From Octopus sinensis (taxonomy: Eukaryota), in NCBI RefSeq assembly GCF_006345805.1, contig NC_043000.1:53692001-53756000 (forward strand): a DNA stretch of 64,000 bases. Reading direction: 5' to 3'. Position numbers and translations under genes: made by a program. This document shows positions 1 to 12,800 of the stretch, in pieces. The first letter of the stretch is position 1, and every line of letters starts with the position of its first letter. The notes under the pieces are model-generated. The model was not told the origin of the DNA, ran no database searches, and saw only the letters and a program-made list of their open reading frames with translations.

Positions 1-743
1 GAAGAATACATTATATTTCTGCACTTATATAGAAAGAAAAGTATACAGAATGATAAAACCTAATATGTAAAAATAATAAATAAATAAATGAATTAGTATA
101 ATTGATGAGAAATTACCATGTCCTAGGTTACATGGCTATATATGAACCAGTTCCGAGAGAAAGGAGAAAACGAGTGAGAATGAGAAACAAATAAAAGAGA
201 CAGAGAGAGTGGGGGAGAAGGAGAAAGAGAGAGAGAGAGAAGGGGGAAGAGAGGGAGGAATATACTATAGTGTTATAAAGACATAAATTCAAATTGCGGT
301 AATTAAACAGGCAGGAAAACTATGCATCAAAGAACTTTCACAAACCAATACATACAGACACAAGTACACTATACCACCATTCAAGTAGTAATTACATTCA
401 TAGACGCACGCTCTGACTCACAGCCTCATACATTGGCTTATATATATTGCACACATATATTAACAGGAAAATATATCTGTTCACTAAAAATATAAAATAA
501 CACAGACATTGTGTAAATTCACATATGGATGCATAAAAATAAAACATCTAGCTAAATAACCACAATAACTACACGCAATGAAATAAGACTACACAGACGA
601 AAGAGACAGAGAGAGAGAATGAATTAATGAAAGTGAGAGAGAGTGAAAGCGAGAGTGAGAGAGATCAATACATACACGCAACGCTTGTATATGTAGTCAT
701 AAAGTTATAATCAAATACATAACCTCTTTAACACATGCACATA

Positions 744-1937
744 TAGAGGGGATTCCAAAAAATGTATGCGTATATTGAATGTATACAAAGTCAATGTTTA
801 TCAAAATACACTTCCTTTTCAGACAGAATTTGATACTTTAATGAACGTCTGTTTTCAAATCGGCAACATTTCTAGTCCAGGCTCTCATGATAATGCAAAG
901 CAATGAAACTGCAAACGTCGAGAAACCGTTCGCCGTTTGAGCGCATTCTCGTACAATAGGTAACCTCAATACATTAACTATTGAGGATTTTGTACTGTAA
1001 ATGTTAAGTTTTATGTATTCCTATCAAAATATCTAGTGATACGCGGCTCGGTGAGCACTGTTTGTATTCTACTGAATCTCTTTATCAATTCTCATGTTGG
1101 ATAAATCTCATCAATGTGATCCTTACTTTGCTGAAATAAAACTTCACATGTTTGAAGTCCTCTTGAATGCTTGGTATGATAGATGGTCACAGTAAGTTCA
1201 CTTAAATCGGACCAGTCACATTATCTTCGAAAATTAACTCTTCTGATGATAAACCGCACTATACTGCAGTTCTCTGTAAATTAACTTTGTTTACTCATAA
1301 CATGCTGAGTCTCAACTCAGATCCCCAGACAGTACAAGTTTGGCGGTTGAGTGATTAAATATAAATGTGGTTTCATCACTCTAAGCAATGGTTGTTGAAA
1401 AGTGTGCATTATCAATAGGTCCTTCCTGGTAACACTCGCAAAACTTCACTCTTTAATCAGGATCATCTTCATTGAGATGAGGCTGTTCCTGAAATGAGGC
1501 TTTTGCAATGACAGTCGTTCAAAATACGATCGACACTTCATTTTGAAATTTCTATCTCACGATTCGCTTGTCGCGCGGTTTCTTTTAGACTCTGGTAATA
1601 GATTTCTAATACTGTGTGGGACTCGTCGGTGTTCGCAGTCTTCCAGAACGTTTCTTGTGGACATTAGGAACAGTTCCATCTGATTCACACTTATCTCTAC
1701 TTCGAATGGTGGTAAATGGCGTTAGTGGATCGTTTGAAACTTATTCCTAAAGGGTCTTTACTCATGGGCAGTATTTTCAAACCTATAGTGACACTTCAGG
1801 AGACATTTCTTTTGTTCAAAGCTTAGTTTGGCTTCTTGCATTATTTCTAACTGCTTAAACGGATAAAAAATTTATAAATTAAAATTAAGTGCGTTATTAT
1901 CTGTAAATTTGCTTATATATTTTTGAGACATCCTACA
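744..1937 (-). mobile_element. Decayed Tc1/mariner DNA transposon (DUF4817-type HTH transposase)
   Basis: Minus-strand frameshifted translation gives DGTVPNVHKKRSGRL (HTH-SGRP region), NRQTCTVWGSE and SLDIL*EYIKLNIYSTKS (like LDFFLWGYLKSKVY). Degenerate TIR-like ends at ~744 (tagaggggattccaaaa) and 1921-1937 (ttttgagacatcctaca). Confidence 0.8.
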
Positions 1938-3792
1938 TGTGTGTGTGTGTGTGTGTGCGTGCGCACTAGTGTGTATTACGCACACACACATCCTTGCTAT
2001 ATACAGTTATGTGCAGACATAATTGCATCTGCATTACGCACATGTATATATGAACATGTAAGCACACTTAGATAAACGCATATATACATATACACACTGA
2101 AAAATATGTATAGTCACATACGTGTATTCATATGCATATACAAATACCCAAACAGTACATATGGATATGCGTAATGATATACAATAATTCACCTATAAAT
2201 GAGTTAATTTCCAAATGACAAGCATGAACGATAATATTGAAAATCAGTAGAGATTAAAGCATCGATGAGTCAGTAGTATAGGACGAGTAAATAATATGCT
2301 AAATGCTCCGTATAACAAGCTGAGTGAAATGGGCACTAGTAAATTACCCTATGTAAAATCTTTACTGTTTTAACACGTACAGTTTATTGAGGATTTCATT
2401 CGCGTACGAAATAAGATGCTGTCATATCTTATTTACTTATTAAACATCATAATTACTTCCTGTTCCTTAATATTTAAATATCCAAGGAAGTGTGTGCTTG
2501 CAATCTACTATAACTTTATTCTTCTTGATAACAGATCCTCATCAACTATGAGAATCTCGAGCTCTTCACGAGCGCATAGGCAACAATCCTATCTATCTAC
2601 TTGATATTGTTAAGATGAATATATGATACTCATTTCCATTTTGAATATTGTGCCTTTAATATTGCATTTAATATATTTTTCCTGATATATGAAAGTAAAA
2701 TAGATTTGGAAAATGAATGACGGTACAAATAAAAGCGTTTCTTTAAAATTGCTGTAGACCCAATGTAGACTTTACACTAATTTATGGTTTTCCACGATAT
2801 TCTTGTAAACAATATTTTTACAAGGACGATTTCCAACCTATTGACAATTACATGTACGGCACTACAGATATTCCCAATAGCTTAAAAATACAGAAAACTG
2901 AAGGTTGGAGCACCGTATAGAAACAGAGCTATCTATTCATACAATGACCTTTTAGAATGTAAGCAATATATTAATGACATCGTGGGATCAATAGTGAGTA
3001 AGTATATTCATTTCAGATATGAAAATAAGATTTGCCATCTTAATATATAATTCAGATTCTTGCATAAAGTTTCGATTATTAGGTGAAATATTTCCTCCAT
3101 AACTACTTTTATTTGTTCTATTGAGATTAATGTGGATTAATTTACAATAATATTCACTATTTAACCCTTTTATCTCAGTGGGCTCTACAAGTCACAATCT
3201 AGGTGTTCCATTCCCATTATTTACCAAATTATCTACTAAATTCAAGTTAGATAGTATCCTATTAATAATGTTATGGCTCATTTTTGGTTTACTTCTCTGA
3301 GATGCTGCTACTATAGAAAGCAAATTTGACATGTTTGACTAGGTAAGTTTTACAATATGCGAGTTAAATATCCGCTTGTATTTATGTTGTGATAGAATAT
3401 ATTTTAAAGTGCATTTTCCGCATATTAAACTTCACCAGTGTGGAAACGGTGGATTATACCAGGTAAAATTTCTATCTATTTTTCTTGCTTGCATATAAAT
3501 TACAGTTAGCAGAGTAATTATACTTATTACTAAGCGACTTTTTAGAAGGACATTTGTAGAGAGCTCATCATGCTAATTCACTATGCGACAATGACTATTT
3601 ATCAAGGCATTTAAACTATTGTTAAGGCGGATAATATCACGGTCTGCGCACACACTTATTTTCAATAATCCCGTGTAATGAAGAAGGAAAGAGCCGAGAG
3701 AATGTTTAAATGTGCCCAAAAATTTACCTAAAACAATTGGTTAATGGGTGATGCATTCTACCAATTCATACTTTTCAAGTTATTATTGATGT

Positions 3793-3829
<37 letters not shown>

Positions 3830-3851
3830 AAAGAGTATATATATATATAGT

Positions 3852-4160
3852 CTTTTTACTCTTTTACTTGTTTCAGTCATTTGACCGCGGCCATGCTGGA
3901 GCACCACCTTCAGTCGAGCACATCTCGCCCAGGACTTATTTTTGTAAGTCTAGTACACAGACGCACAAACATATATAAACACATAGATATATATATATAC
4001 ATATGTACGGCGGGCTTCTTTCAGTTTCCGGCTAGCAAATCCACTCACAAGGCTTTGGTCGGCCCGAGGCTATAGTAGAAGACACTTGCCCAAGGTGTCA
4101 CGCAGTGAGACTGAAGCAGGAACCATGTGGTTGGCAAGCAAGCTACTTACCACACATCCA
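3852..4160 (-). mobile_element. tRNA-derived SINE family A (head, internal microsatellite, tail)
   Basis: Reverse complement reads gtgtggtaagtagcttgc...ccttgggcaagtgtcttctactatagcctcgggccgaccaaagccttgtgagtggatttg and tail gcatggccgcggtcaaatgactgaaacaagtaaaagag. Matches copies at 30810, 53773 and 61860. Confidence 0.85.
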
Positions 4161-4313
4161 CACACATACACACACACACACACATATTGGCCCGCTGTCG
4201 GTTATACCATCGACGGTACGATGTCAATACGATCAACGGAACAGCCTGCCCGTGAAACTAACGTGCAAATGGTTAATTACTCCACAGACACGTATACCCA
4301 TATATTATATATA

Positions 4314-4358
<45 letters not shown>

Positions 4359-4429
4359 GCTCTCTGTAAGCATATGCACACACACGTATATGTACATATT
4401 TGTATGCATATATAAAGGCATATATTCAT

Positions 4430-5110
4430 ATACAAATATTCGGTTTTCAAATATATTGGTCCTTTTTGTTTTCAAATGTTATATAAATTCTAACAAAAAA
4501 ATATTTTTCTTGCAGCGTTTTATGTTCTTGTTTGCTCATCCTTTCTAACAACATTTGTTTATCGTTTTCGAAATTTGAACAAATTTTATATTTCGTCAGA
4601 GAATCGACAATGGAGTACCAAGTAGAAAACAAAAATTCGACACTTGTTCCTCTTTGCTTTGAGTCAAGTTTTGACTGCTGCCAAAGCCACTCGAGACATT
4701 TGTGCAGTGTACGGAGTAGGTCCTATTACTGAAATAACCACAAGAAAATCAATTTTCTACATATCAAGTAGGGGAAATACAATCTTTGTTTTTTTATGTT
4801 CTCGTTTCTTATTTTGTTCACTTTTTTTTTAGGTCCTGTACCAGCATATGCATGGATATATACTTCCGCTTTCCGACAGACTTCTTTCAGTTCAATGAGG
4901 ATCAATTGAACGAGCTCATCCTCGTGGATCCGCACTAATCTCGTTTGGAATGAAATGCCTTCATGATACCGCTGCCTGTCACTGTCATTCGGTGGGTAAG
5001 GTCTGAAAAACTCCCTGTATGGGTGCCACAAACGAATGCGACAAAATCCAGCATTCCTCTACTGCTCTTAGTATGTTGGCTTCACACCAAGCGATTCGTG
5101 GACTCAAATA
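4430..5110 (+). mobile_element. Mariner transposase fossil (N-terminal half)
   Basis: MEYQVENK...FLFALSQVLTAAKATRDICAVYGVGPITEITTRK (mariner HTH), FQFNEDQLNELILVDPH and KLPVWVPQ (WVPHEL motif), broken by frameshifts. Confidence 0.75.
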
Positions 5111-5179
5111 GCGATCTCTTTACCACATCGTATAAATAGACAGGTAGGTTGCTAAGTTGACAGACAGGTAGATTTCATC

Positions 5180-5372
5180 ACATTAAACCGTTATTCCTTT
5201 CACGTTGTTTTCTCTCTCCGTTTTCCATCATTCTCCGATTTTTCCCCTCAAAATTTTTCTGTGGAAGAGCGTTGACTCGAAACGTCAAAGACTTTTCCAT
5301 TTTTCCCGAGCTTTAAACTAATACACCTCCTTGTTGCTCCTACGTCTATCTTCGTCTTTTGTTAATTCGATC
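5180..5372 (+). mobile_element. Solo Penelope pseudo-LTR with hammerhead-like motif
   Basis: ttttt-CTGTGGA-a-gag-cgttga-ctc-GAAAC-GTC-aaaga at 5254-5291, followed by gacttt...cccgagc...taatacac as in the PLE 3' end at 61440-61570. Confidence 0.65.
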
Positions 5373-5569
5373 TAGATAGATACATAGATAGATGGATAGA
5401 TAGATAGATGTATGGATAGATAGATGGATAGATAGATGGATAGATAGATGGATAGATGGAGAGATAGATACATAAATAGATGGATAGATAGATAGATGCA
5501 TGGATAGATAGATGGAGAGATAGATAGATATATGGATAGATAGATGGAGAGATAGATAGATAGATGGAG

Positions 5570-5617
<48 letters not shown>

Positions 5618-5705
5618 CGATAGATAGATAGATCGATAGATAGATAGATGGAGAGATAGATGGATGGATGGATAGATGGATGGATGGGTGGATATGTAGA
5701 TAGCT
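5373..5705 (+). repeat. (GATA)n/(GATG)n tetranucleotide microsatellite
   Basis: About 330 bp of tagatagatagatgga units. Confidence 0.95.
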
Positions 5706-6048
5706 AGGTATATATGCTTGTGATTGCCTTTAGGCTAGTATATTCTAATTGTATAACTGAAAATCGTGTTTTTCCTAATTTGCTTCAGTTAAAACCCCAA
5801 TGAGAGAAAAAGTATTAACGTAAAAGAAATTGAGTTCTCAAAAATATCACGTCGTAAAACTCTCAAAAGTATCATGTTATAAAGTTCTCAAAGTTTCAAT
5901 CAAATAACATTTAGTTTTAGTATATGTCTAGAGCAGAGTTGTGTGTAATCTGTTAAAGGATTATGAATGTTTCTGAAAAATTAAATTGGCTTGTCGAAGA
6001 CGATGATTTCTTTCACTTTTATGAATGAATATTAAAACAGAGCTACTG

Positions 6049-6050
<2 letters not shown>

Positions 6051-6109
<59 letters not shown>
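6051..6109 (+). repeat. (GA)n microsatellite
   Basis: Near-perfect GA run; source of the ER/LS ORFs in the ORF track. Confidence 0.95.
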
Positions 6110-6112
<3 letters not shown>

Positions 6113-7069
6113 TAGAAAACGTGGTAAATGTTTTCGTTGACAATCGAAAAATGAAGTACATAATATGTATGCGGGAATGTGTATATCACAGTGTTTGTGT
6201 ATATCTGCACATACATTCATTTACATATACATACATATATAAACACATACATGCTTGTCTGCTGGTCTGCCTGTTTGTCTGTATGTATATGGGTTAATGC
6301 TAAAGCAAATGATGGGAGAAAAAACAATTTCATTACTTCTTAATGTCACTTAATTTATTTTTTGAAAATAAAAAAATAACCATTGGAAAAATATTAAGAA
6401 ACATTAAATTTACACATTAATTTGAGCACGAGTTTGTATTTTATTTTATCAATTTTTTATGAATTTCTAAAATTATCTTTATCTTTGATTGTTATTTATT
6501 TTTCATACCATTTTTTGACATAGTTCGTTGTGTTTCTTCTTTTTTAGCTTTTATTTCCATTTAATTTATTTCGGCTCATAAGAAGTTTGTAATTTTATTT
6601 CATAGTTTTCTGTTTTGTTTTTCTTAAATCAAACCTCGACTCTTTGTTTTTTGACATCAAAAGTATAGCTTTCATCAGATATTCTCCAATGTTATTTACA
6701 ATCAGTATTTTTTTTTCTCAGAGATGGGTGGGCTATCTTATATTTTTAATTAAGATGATATTAAAATAAAAGATGAAAAAAGAAAAGGATGAGACACAGC
6801 AAATCTATATAAACTATATTTTTTTATTTCTTTTATCATTTCTGAAGCTAAAGATATATTCTTGGCAGATCGGCATTTTTAAAAGACGTACAAAGAATAT
6901 TTAGAAGCCAGTTAAATAATTGTGCAGATAAGTTAAGAGAAGTAAATTATAAAAATAGACAGTAGAACTAGTGTACTTTTATAGTTTCCAAAAGATTTCA
7001 GACTTTATAGTGAACTTTATATAGATGAGATTTGCAAGACCATATTTTCTTTCTCACTCTCACTCTCAT

Positions 7070-7240
<171 letters not shown>

Positions 7241-8529
7241 TAAACTTACTCGGAAATGGATGCGTGGCGTTCGACCATATAATAATATAAGTAATATATA
7301 TGCATATATACGCACATACATGTACATGCCAACATGTATATGTATATATCTATGCATATGTGGATACAGGACTTAAATAAAAAGGAACAAAATCAGAAAC
7401 AAGAACATAAAAAATAAAAGCATGGAAAACGAACTGTTTTCGAACAACGACTGAAACAAATAGAGAAACGAGCCAGGCAACATAAAGACCATTCCCTTCA
7501 TAAGTTGTCCCCTGATTTATCTCTCCATGTTTCGAGGTAGGGACAAGACGCGACTTGTTGAAACAGTACTTCTCGCAAAGCAAATTAAATAAAATTTGGG
7601 ATGTTTTGCGTAGGGTTAAAGTGGTAACAAGAACAGAACAGTAAGAACAAAACAGTAAAAACAAACGGTGAGGGCTGTTGAGCCATAACGAGGATATATA
7701 TATATATACACATATATACACACATATGTATATATATCAATACATACATGCATACACGCACACAAACACACACACACGCGCGCGCACACACACACGCATA
7801 TATATATATATAATATATATATACACATGGTTCAGTAGTATGCATTTTGGTTTCCAACTATATGGTTCCAGGTTCAGCCACATAGTGTCGCACGTGGGGC
7901 AAATAGTAGTAGTCGTACATCCAAGATGTGTATGTGCATGCGTTAAATAGTGTATAATTGCGTGCAAAACTATATAGCAATGTATTTCTTAACTTCCAAA
8001 TTTACATTACGTCAAAATATTAATATTTATTATAATACCCACTGTTTCAAAATTACAAGAGAAATATATTCCCTTGTAAATTTCCCGAAGCGCTTCATTA
8101 TTTCGGATATATTATACCGAAATACACCCATAATTAAAAAATGACATTGTAAAGCAGCTCAAAGTACTCACATTAGCATAAACATATTTTTATGCGCGCA
8201 TAGATTTATGTTTACCATACGTGTGCGCATTTATATTAGATATATAAGCATGCTGCTTTCCTTAGATACACAATATCCTTGTCGTCAGTATAAACAAGAA
8301 TCAACTGAGTCAAAATAGCGTGTATATACTGCATAATTGTGTGCATAACAGAGAGATTCGTGACTGATTGAATTATTGCTGATGTTGAAAATGGGAATGC
8401 TTCCAAAATTACTTTTCATTTCTTTCTTTCTTTCTTTCTTTTTTTCGATCTGTCTGTCTATTTATCTATCTACTAATTTGAGTTCAGCTGTTCTTGATTC
8501 TCCTAATATATATACATGTGTGTGTGTAA

Positions 8530-8578
<49 letters not shown>

Positions 8579-8789
8579 AAATAGGGGGTTTAGTCCACAG
8601 GTAATCTAAACGACGAGGTACGCTAGGTTAATGCTGTAACGGATTACTAGAACCTGAAGCTTATAGCCGAGACGGTAGCTATGAAGCAATTGTAGAATTC
8701 CGATAAAGCAGATATATGATTTTTAAAGAGGACAACAAACGTTAAGGTAAGGCAAACAGCAGAAGTCATATACGTTATTATTATTATTA

Positions 8790-10170
8790 TTATTGGAAAA
8801 AATTCAAATCTTTACAGCTGTTTCCGAGATATCTCAGAGTTTGGGAAATTCCGTCTTTGGAGACAAATAGGGAAAATGAGAAGGGTATAGATTAATGGAA
8901 TAACAATATAGAGGACTGGGGAGAAGGAATAAAGAGATGAAGAAAGGGAAGAAAAAAGAGGCATAAAAGTTCACAGTTCATCTTTCCGATCGTATAAAAT
9001 TAGGTCCGTAAATCCTTACATGCAATCCTGTGTAAATCCATGTAGGTTAAAGTACTGATAGTGTAAATATCCAGAAATAGACGCGAACATATCAACGTTC
9101 AATAACAGAACGGTAGTGGAGGTGGTTATTAAGTAGGAAAAAATAAATAAAAATAAATAAATAGAAAGAGAGGTAGAGAGAGTGAGGGAGCAAATTAAAG
9201 ATTGGCGTTAAGGACAAAATAAGGTATTTAAAAATATAGTGTCTAAGAACATAGTGTACAAAAATAACCAAGAAGATAAATAAATATATAAGGGTAAATA
9301 AGGAGAGAGGTGGCAAAGTATGATAATGTAAAAAGAAAAAAGTGAACAAAATAAAGTAAAATGAAAGGAATTCAAAGAGAATTGTAGGTGCCATTGGTAT
9401 TCTTCTAATCTATAGGGTTGGAGATGAAATCTAGTAGTAAGTGCTTGTGTCCGTTCAAGGCACAGTCGAGTTCAAATTCCGCCGAGGTCGACTTTGCCTT
9501 TCATCCTTTCGGGGTCGATAAATTAAGTACCAGTTGCGCACTGGGGTCGATGTAATCGACTTAATACCTATGTCTGTCCTTGTTTGACCCCTCTGTGTTT
9601 AGCCCCTTGTGGGTAATAAAGAAATAGGTAAGCGGTTGAAGAAATATTTTTAGCAATGGGGTTATGGGGATGTAGGTAGTCGTGAATGGAGAAACTAGTC
9701 GAATATTAAATTATTTAGGAATAAGAGTTACAGTTAAATATTAAGGGATTTATTAGGCTAAAGTTTAAAAATAAATTAAAGTGATGAGGTAATGTTGATA
9801 GAAGAGATATAGAGAGGTATGTGTTAACGATCAACAAGGTTTGTATGTGGGTGTTATTCGTGGGGGTGAATTACATTTAGCTTTATGAAAGAATCTAAAA
9901 GTGCGGGAGAATTTGTATTTAAACGTTGTAAAGATTTCGTTGTGTTTATTAAGCAATTGTGGTGAGTTATGGGTTAAAATTTTGAGAGTTTCTTCTAAGC
10001 AGAGTCCACAAGTGGAGTGCTGGCCCTGATATGGAATACCAGAGTCTATTATAGCCCAGGGAATTCTATATTGTATTTTTCTTTTAATTATATGGTGTAC
10101 GTGCGAAGCTAGTGATGTGGAATTGCTTTTAAGAGTCCACGAGTGGAGTGCTGGGCCAGTGCAAATGATT
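8790..10170 (-). mobile_element. Penelope-like element remnant (GIY-YIG C-terminus, pyrimidine-rich 3' region, pLTR)
   Basis: Minus strand of ~9900-10130 gives NSTSLASHVHHIIKRKIQYRIPWAIIDSGIPYQGQHSTCGLCLEETLKILTHNSPQLLNKHNEIF, fitting the PLE endonuclease C-terminal pattern W-I...C-LCL-E...LLNK. Hammerhead relic ending gaaacagctgta at 8813-8870 on the minus strand. Confidence 0.65.
9468..9630 (+). mobile_element. 5'-truncated MetaSINE nested in the PLE
   Basis: gagttcaaattccgccgaggtcgactttgcctttcatcctttcggggtcgataaattaagtacc matches the Meta domain (as in Sauria SINE: gactcagccttccatccttccgaggtcggtaaaatgagtacc). Confidence 0.85.
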
Positions 10171-10635
10171 CAACATCGTATACCAATACACCGTTCACAA
10201 CATTGTAAATAACTCCAATAGCTATTTCACAGGATTTGCTATAATTTTAAGCAAAGATGTTATGTACATTTAAACTCCTTTAAATACAAAGAAAGTAGAA
10301 ATTTGACATCGCTAGCCAGTATTATACGCTATTTGTCTCCGATGAGAGAATATCTCATATCCAGGGATATTCCAGAAACAGCTGTACAACTTAATTTTTT
10401 TTCCAGTAATAATAATGTATACGACTTGAGATATTTGCCTTGCCTTAACGTTTGTTATCCTGTGACCGCGTGTGTACCGTTGGCGATTTTTTTCCTCTGT
10501 CTTCCCTTCTCTGGATCTTTCCTTCTATGTTTCCAACGAAAAGCTCCGCTCGAAACGTTATACCCTCCTTCTTTCCTGAGCGTCCAATAATACTATATTT
10601 GTTCCACGTCCTCGCGTTGTTGTGTTTTCTTGTGC
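10170..10635 (+). mobile_element. Two tandem Penelope pLTR-like segments, each with a hammerhead relic
   Basis: gtct-CCGATGA-g-agaatatc...gatattcc-a-GAAAC-agct-GTA (10335-10386) and CCAACGA-a-aagc-tcc-gctc-GAAAC-GTT (10533-10559); ends in (TA)n. Confidence 0.6.
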
Positions 10636-10653
10636 TTTCACGTTTGGATTAAC

Positions 10654-10686
<33 letters not shown>

Positions 10687-11899
10687 TAATGTGTGTATAA
10701 TTAGAAAGCATAAGTTTTGCATATTTGCATAAAGGTATACCTCCATGAGCGTATGCTTGCGTATTTATAATCAGTTATACTTGCAAATACATCCTCCCCT
10801 ACACATGTAGATTGATTCTCTAAAACATTAATTTACTAATCGTAGTGTACTTATTAAGTAGCATAAGACAAATGTGCTTCAAAACTAAACGAACGGAAAA
10901 TTATTATCGTGGTAGAGAAGAAAGGAGGGAGAGAGGGAGAGAAAAAGAAAGGGGAAGAAAGAAAGATATGAGAAGAGAGAGAGGGAGAAAGATGTTTCAG
11001 GGCAAGTTGAAAGGTTACCTGCAATTTGGTTCTCAGCCTTAAACCAGCATGTCTTGGGATATTTAGATTTATATCTCCGAAATAAATTTCCAGAATTTAC
11101 CATATAAAAAAGACACTTCAAACAATCGCGTTTCTTTTGCGATTCAGTGTATTAGAGTGTGTTTATTTCTGCTTTTAAATGAACATGTTTCTTGCATGTC
11201 TGCGTAAAGGCAAACATGTGTGTGTATGCGTGTTTGCATTTCTATAAGTAAATCAGTTCTTTAAATGTTCGTGCTCGTCTCACACTCACATATATATATG
11301 CACGTATAGTTCGTTGAACCGCTAAATAAATAATTGTGAATTTGTCATTAGAGGGAAAATGAACTAAAAATCAAACAATCGTTTCTCTATACATACATAG
11401 AAGGCCAACATTTTGATTCATTATCGTTTATGCACGTGCAAACACGCTCACACACAAGTTTACTTAAAATAACATATACAGCAAACCACGCAAATATCAG
11501 CTAGTCTACTGCTTGATAATTACATGCTGAGTGTAAACATGTTGGGAGCCAGAATGTCTCAACTGGAAAAATAATTGACCAAGGATTAAATGTTTGTAAA
11601 ATGGATATGATTGCCATGTGTTTGGACGACAAACCACAATACAACATGCTATCAAACAAATGTCACAAAAGGCAACGAATATCTGTAGACACAAGAAGAA
11701 AAATGTAATTCAAATATTCAGATCCGGCAGAATTTAGTCTGATAGAATCAAATGGCGGCGTTACCTACAGAACCTCAGTATGTGTAGTAAAATTGGAAAT
11801 GCAGTTAAATAATTCTTCCAGGTTGTTAAAACTTTTATCGCATGTTCCAGCTATTGTCCATAACATATATTCATTATACATGAAACATGCCGTTTCCGA

Positions 11900-12800
11900 A
11901 AACGAATTTCTTTTTGCAGTTTCATTTCTCGAGAATGAGTAAAACGTTTCAGAGTTCAAGAACGGAAAAGAATACTTTTATAGTTTTACATGATGGTGTG
12001 CCTCAGTAGGAAAAAACGATTACAAAAAACATAACATTGAACCTAAAGTAAAGTTATGCGAAGAACATAGCACTGAACCTAAAGTATGCCTCAGACTTTT
12101 CCCATAATCTTGATAACTGTTTAACCAGCATTCATGTGGAATTAATTTACCTATCACTAAATACTAACCCCTGATGCTGACCAATGCACAAATGTGTAAT
12201 TTGGAATACCAGGAACTTTTGTCTCTGTCCCATTTTCTATCAGATACTTGAAAAATACAAAGCAGGAAAAACAGTAAAAAATGAGAATAAAACATAAAAT
12301 GAATACATAACGTTTGATAAACTACCACATCATAAAAGACAGATAATATTAGAGAAGCGTGTGAACCGTATGATGTATTAAGGAAAAGCTATGATAAGTA
12401 GCATGCAACAAACTCATGGAATTTTACGAAGCGATAGTACCAGCAATTATCATGGACATCGTTTATTTGATCAAAAAAGTGAGAAAAAACGTTAATGCCG
12501 AAGATTTGAATGAGTTACGACAGCCTCATGATCCTCTGTTGAAAATCTGCATGAGTTAACACAGCATCACACAAAATATTTACTTGACGTCCCTACTGTT
12601 AAATAACACGACAAATGAGTTCCTTATGAAATTTCGGAAACCTCTACTCTGAGTGGCAGTGCGGCAATAAAGCAAAGAGAAGATTTCTTAACACTAAATG
12701 GCTCTACCGGGAACTTCATGAGAGAAGACTCAAGAAAGATAGACGACAAAAGCATTTTTCAAAATGCAAAACTTCTCTTGGTCCATTTTACACTGCTAAT
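11900..12800 (+). mobile_element. Highly decayed pogo/Tigger-like transposase
   Basis: NTNP..*PMHKCVIWN near 12165-12210 resembles NTTSLLQPMDQxVIxNFK; NVNAEDLNELRQPHD near 12490 resembles the Tigger C-terminal acidic motif. Confidence 0.4.

Noticed and set aside
11017-11073. Possible minus-strand micro-exon (YKSKYPKTCWFKAENQIA) ending in CAG/gtaac
   Set aside because: Weak acceptor, no recognisable homology, and no compatible neighbouring exon.
11506-11686. Good minus-strand acceptor followed by a 58-codon frame
   Set aside because: No donor, no domain similarity, and adjacent to a pogo-like fossil.
12028-12086. 23-nt imperfect direct repeat (aacataRcaYtgaacctaaagta)
   Set aside because: A simple local duplication inside a transposon fossil; too short to be an array.
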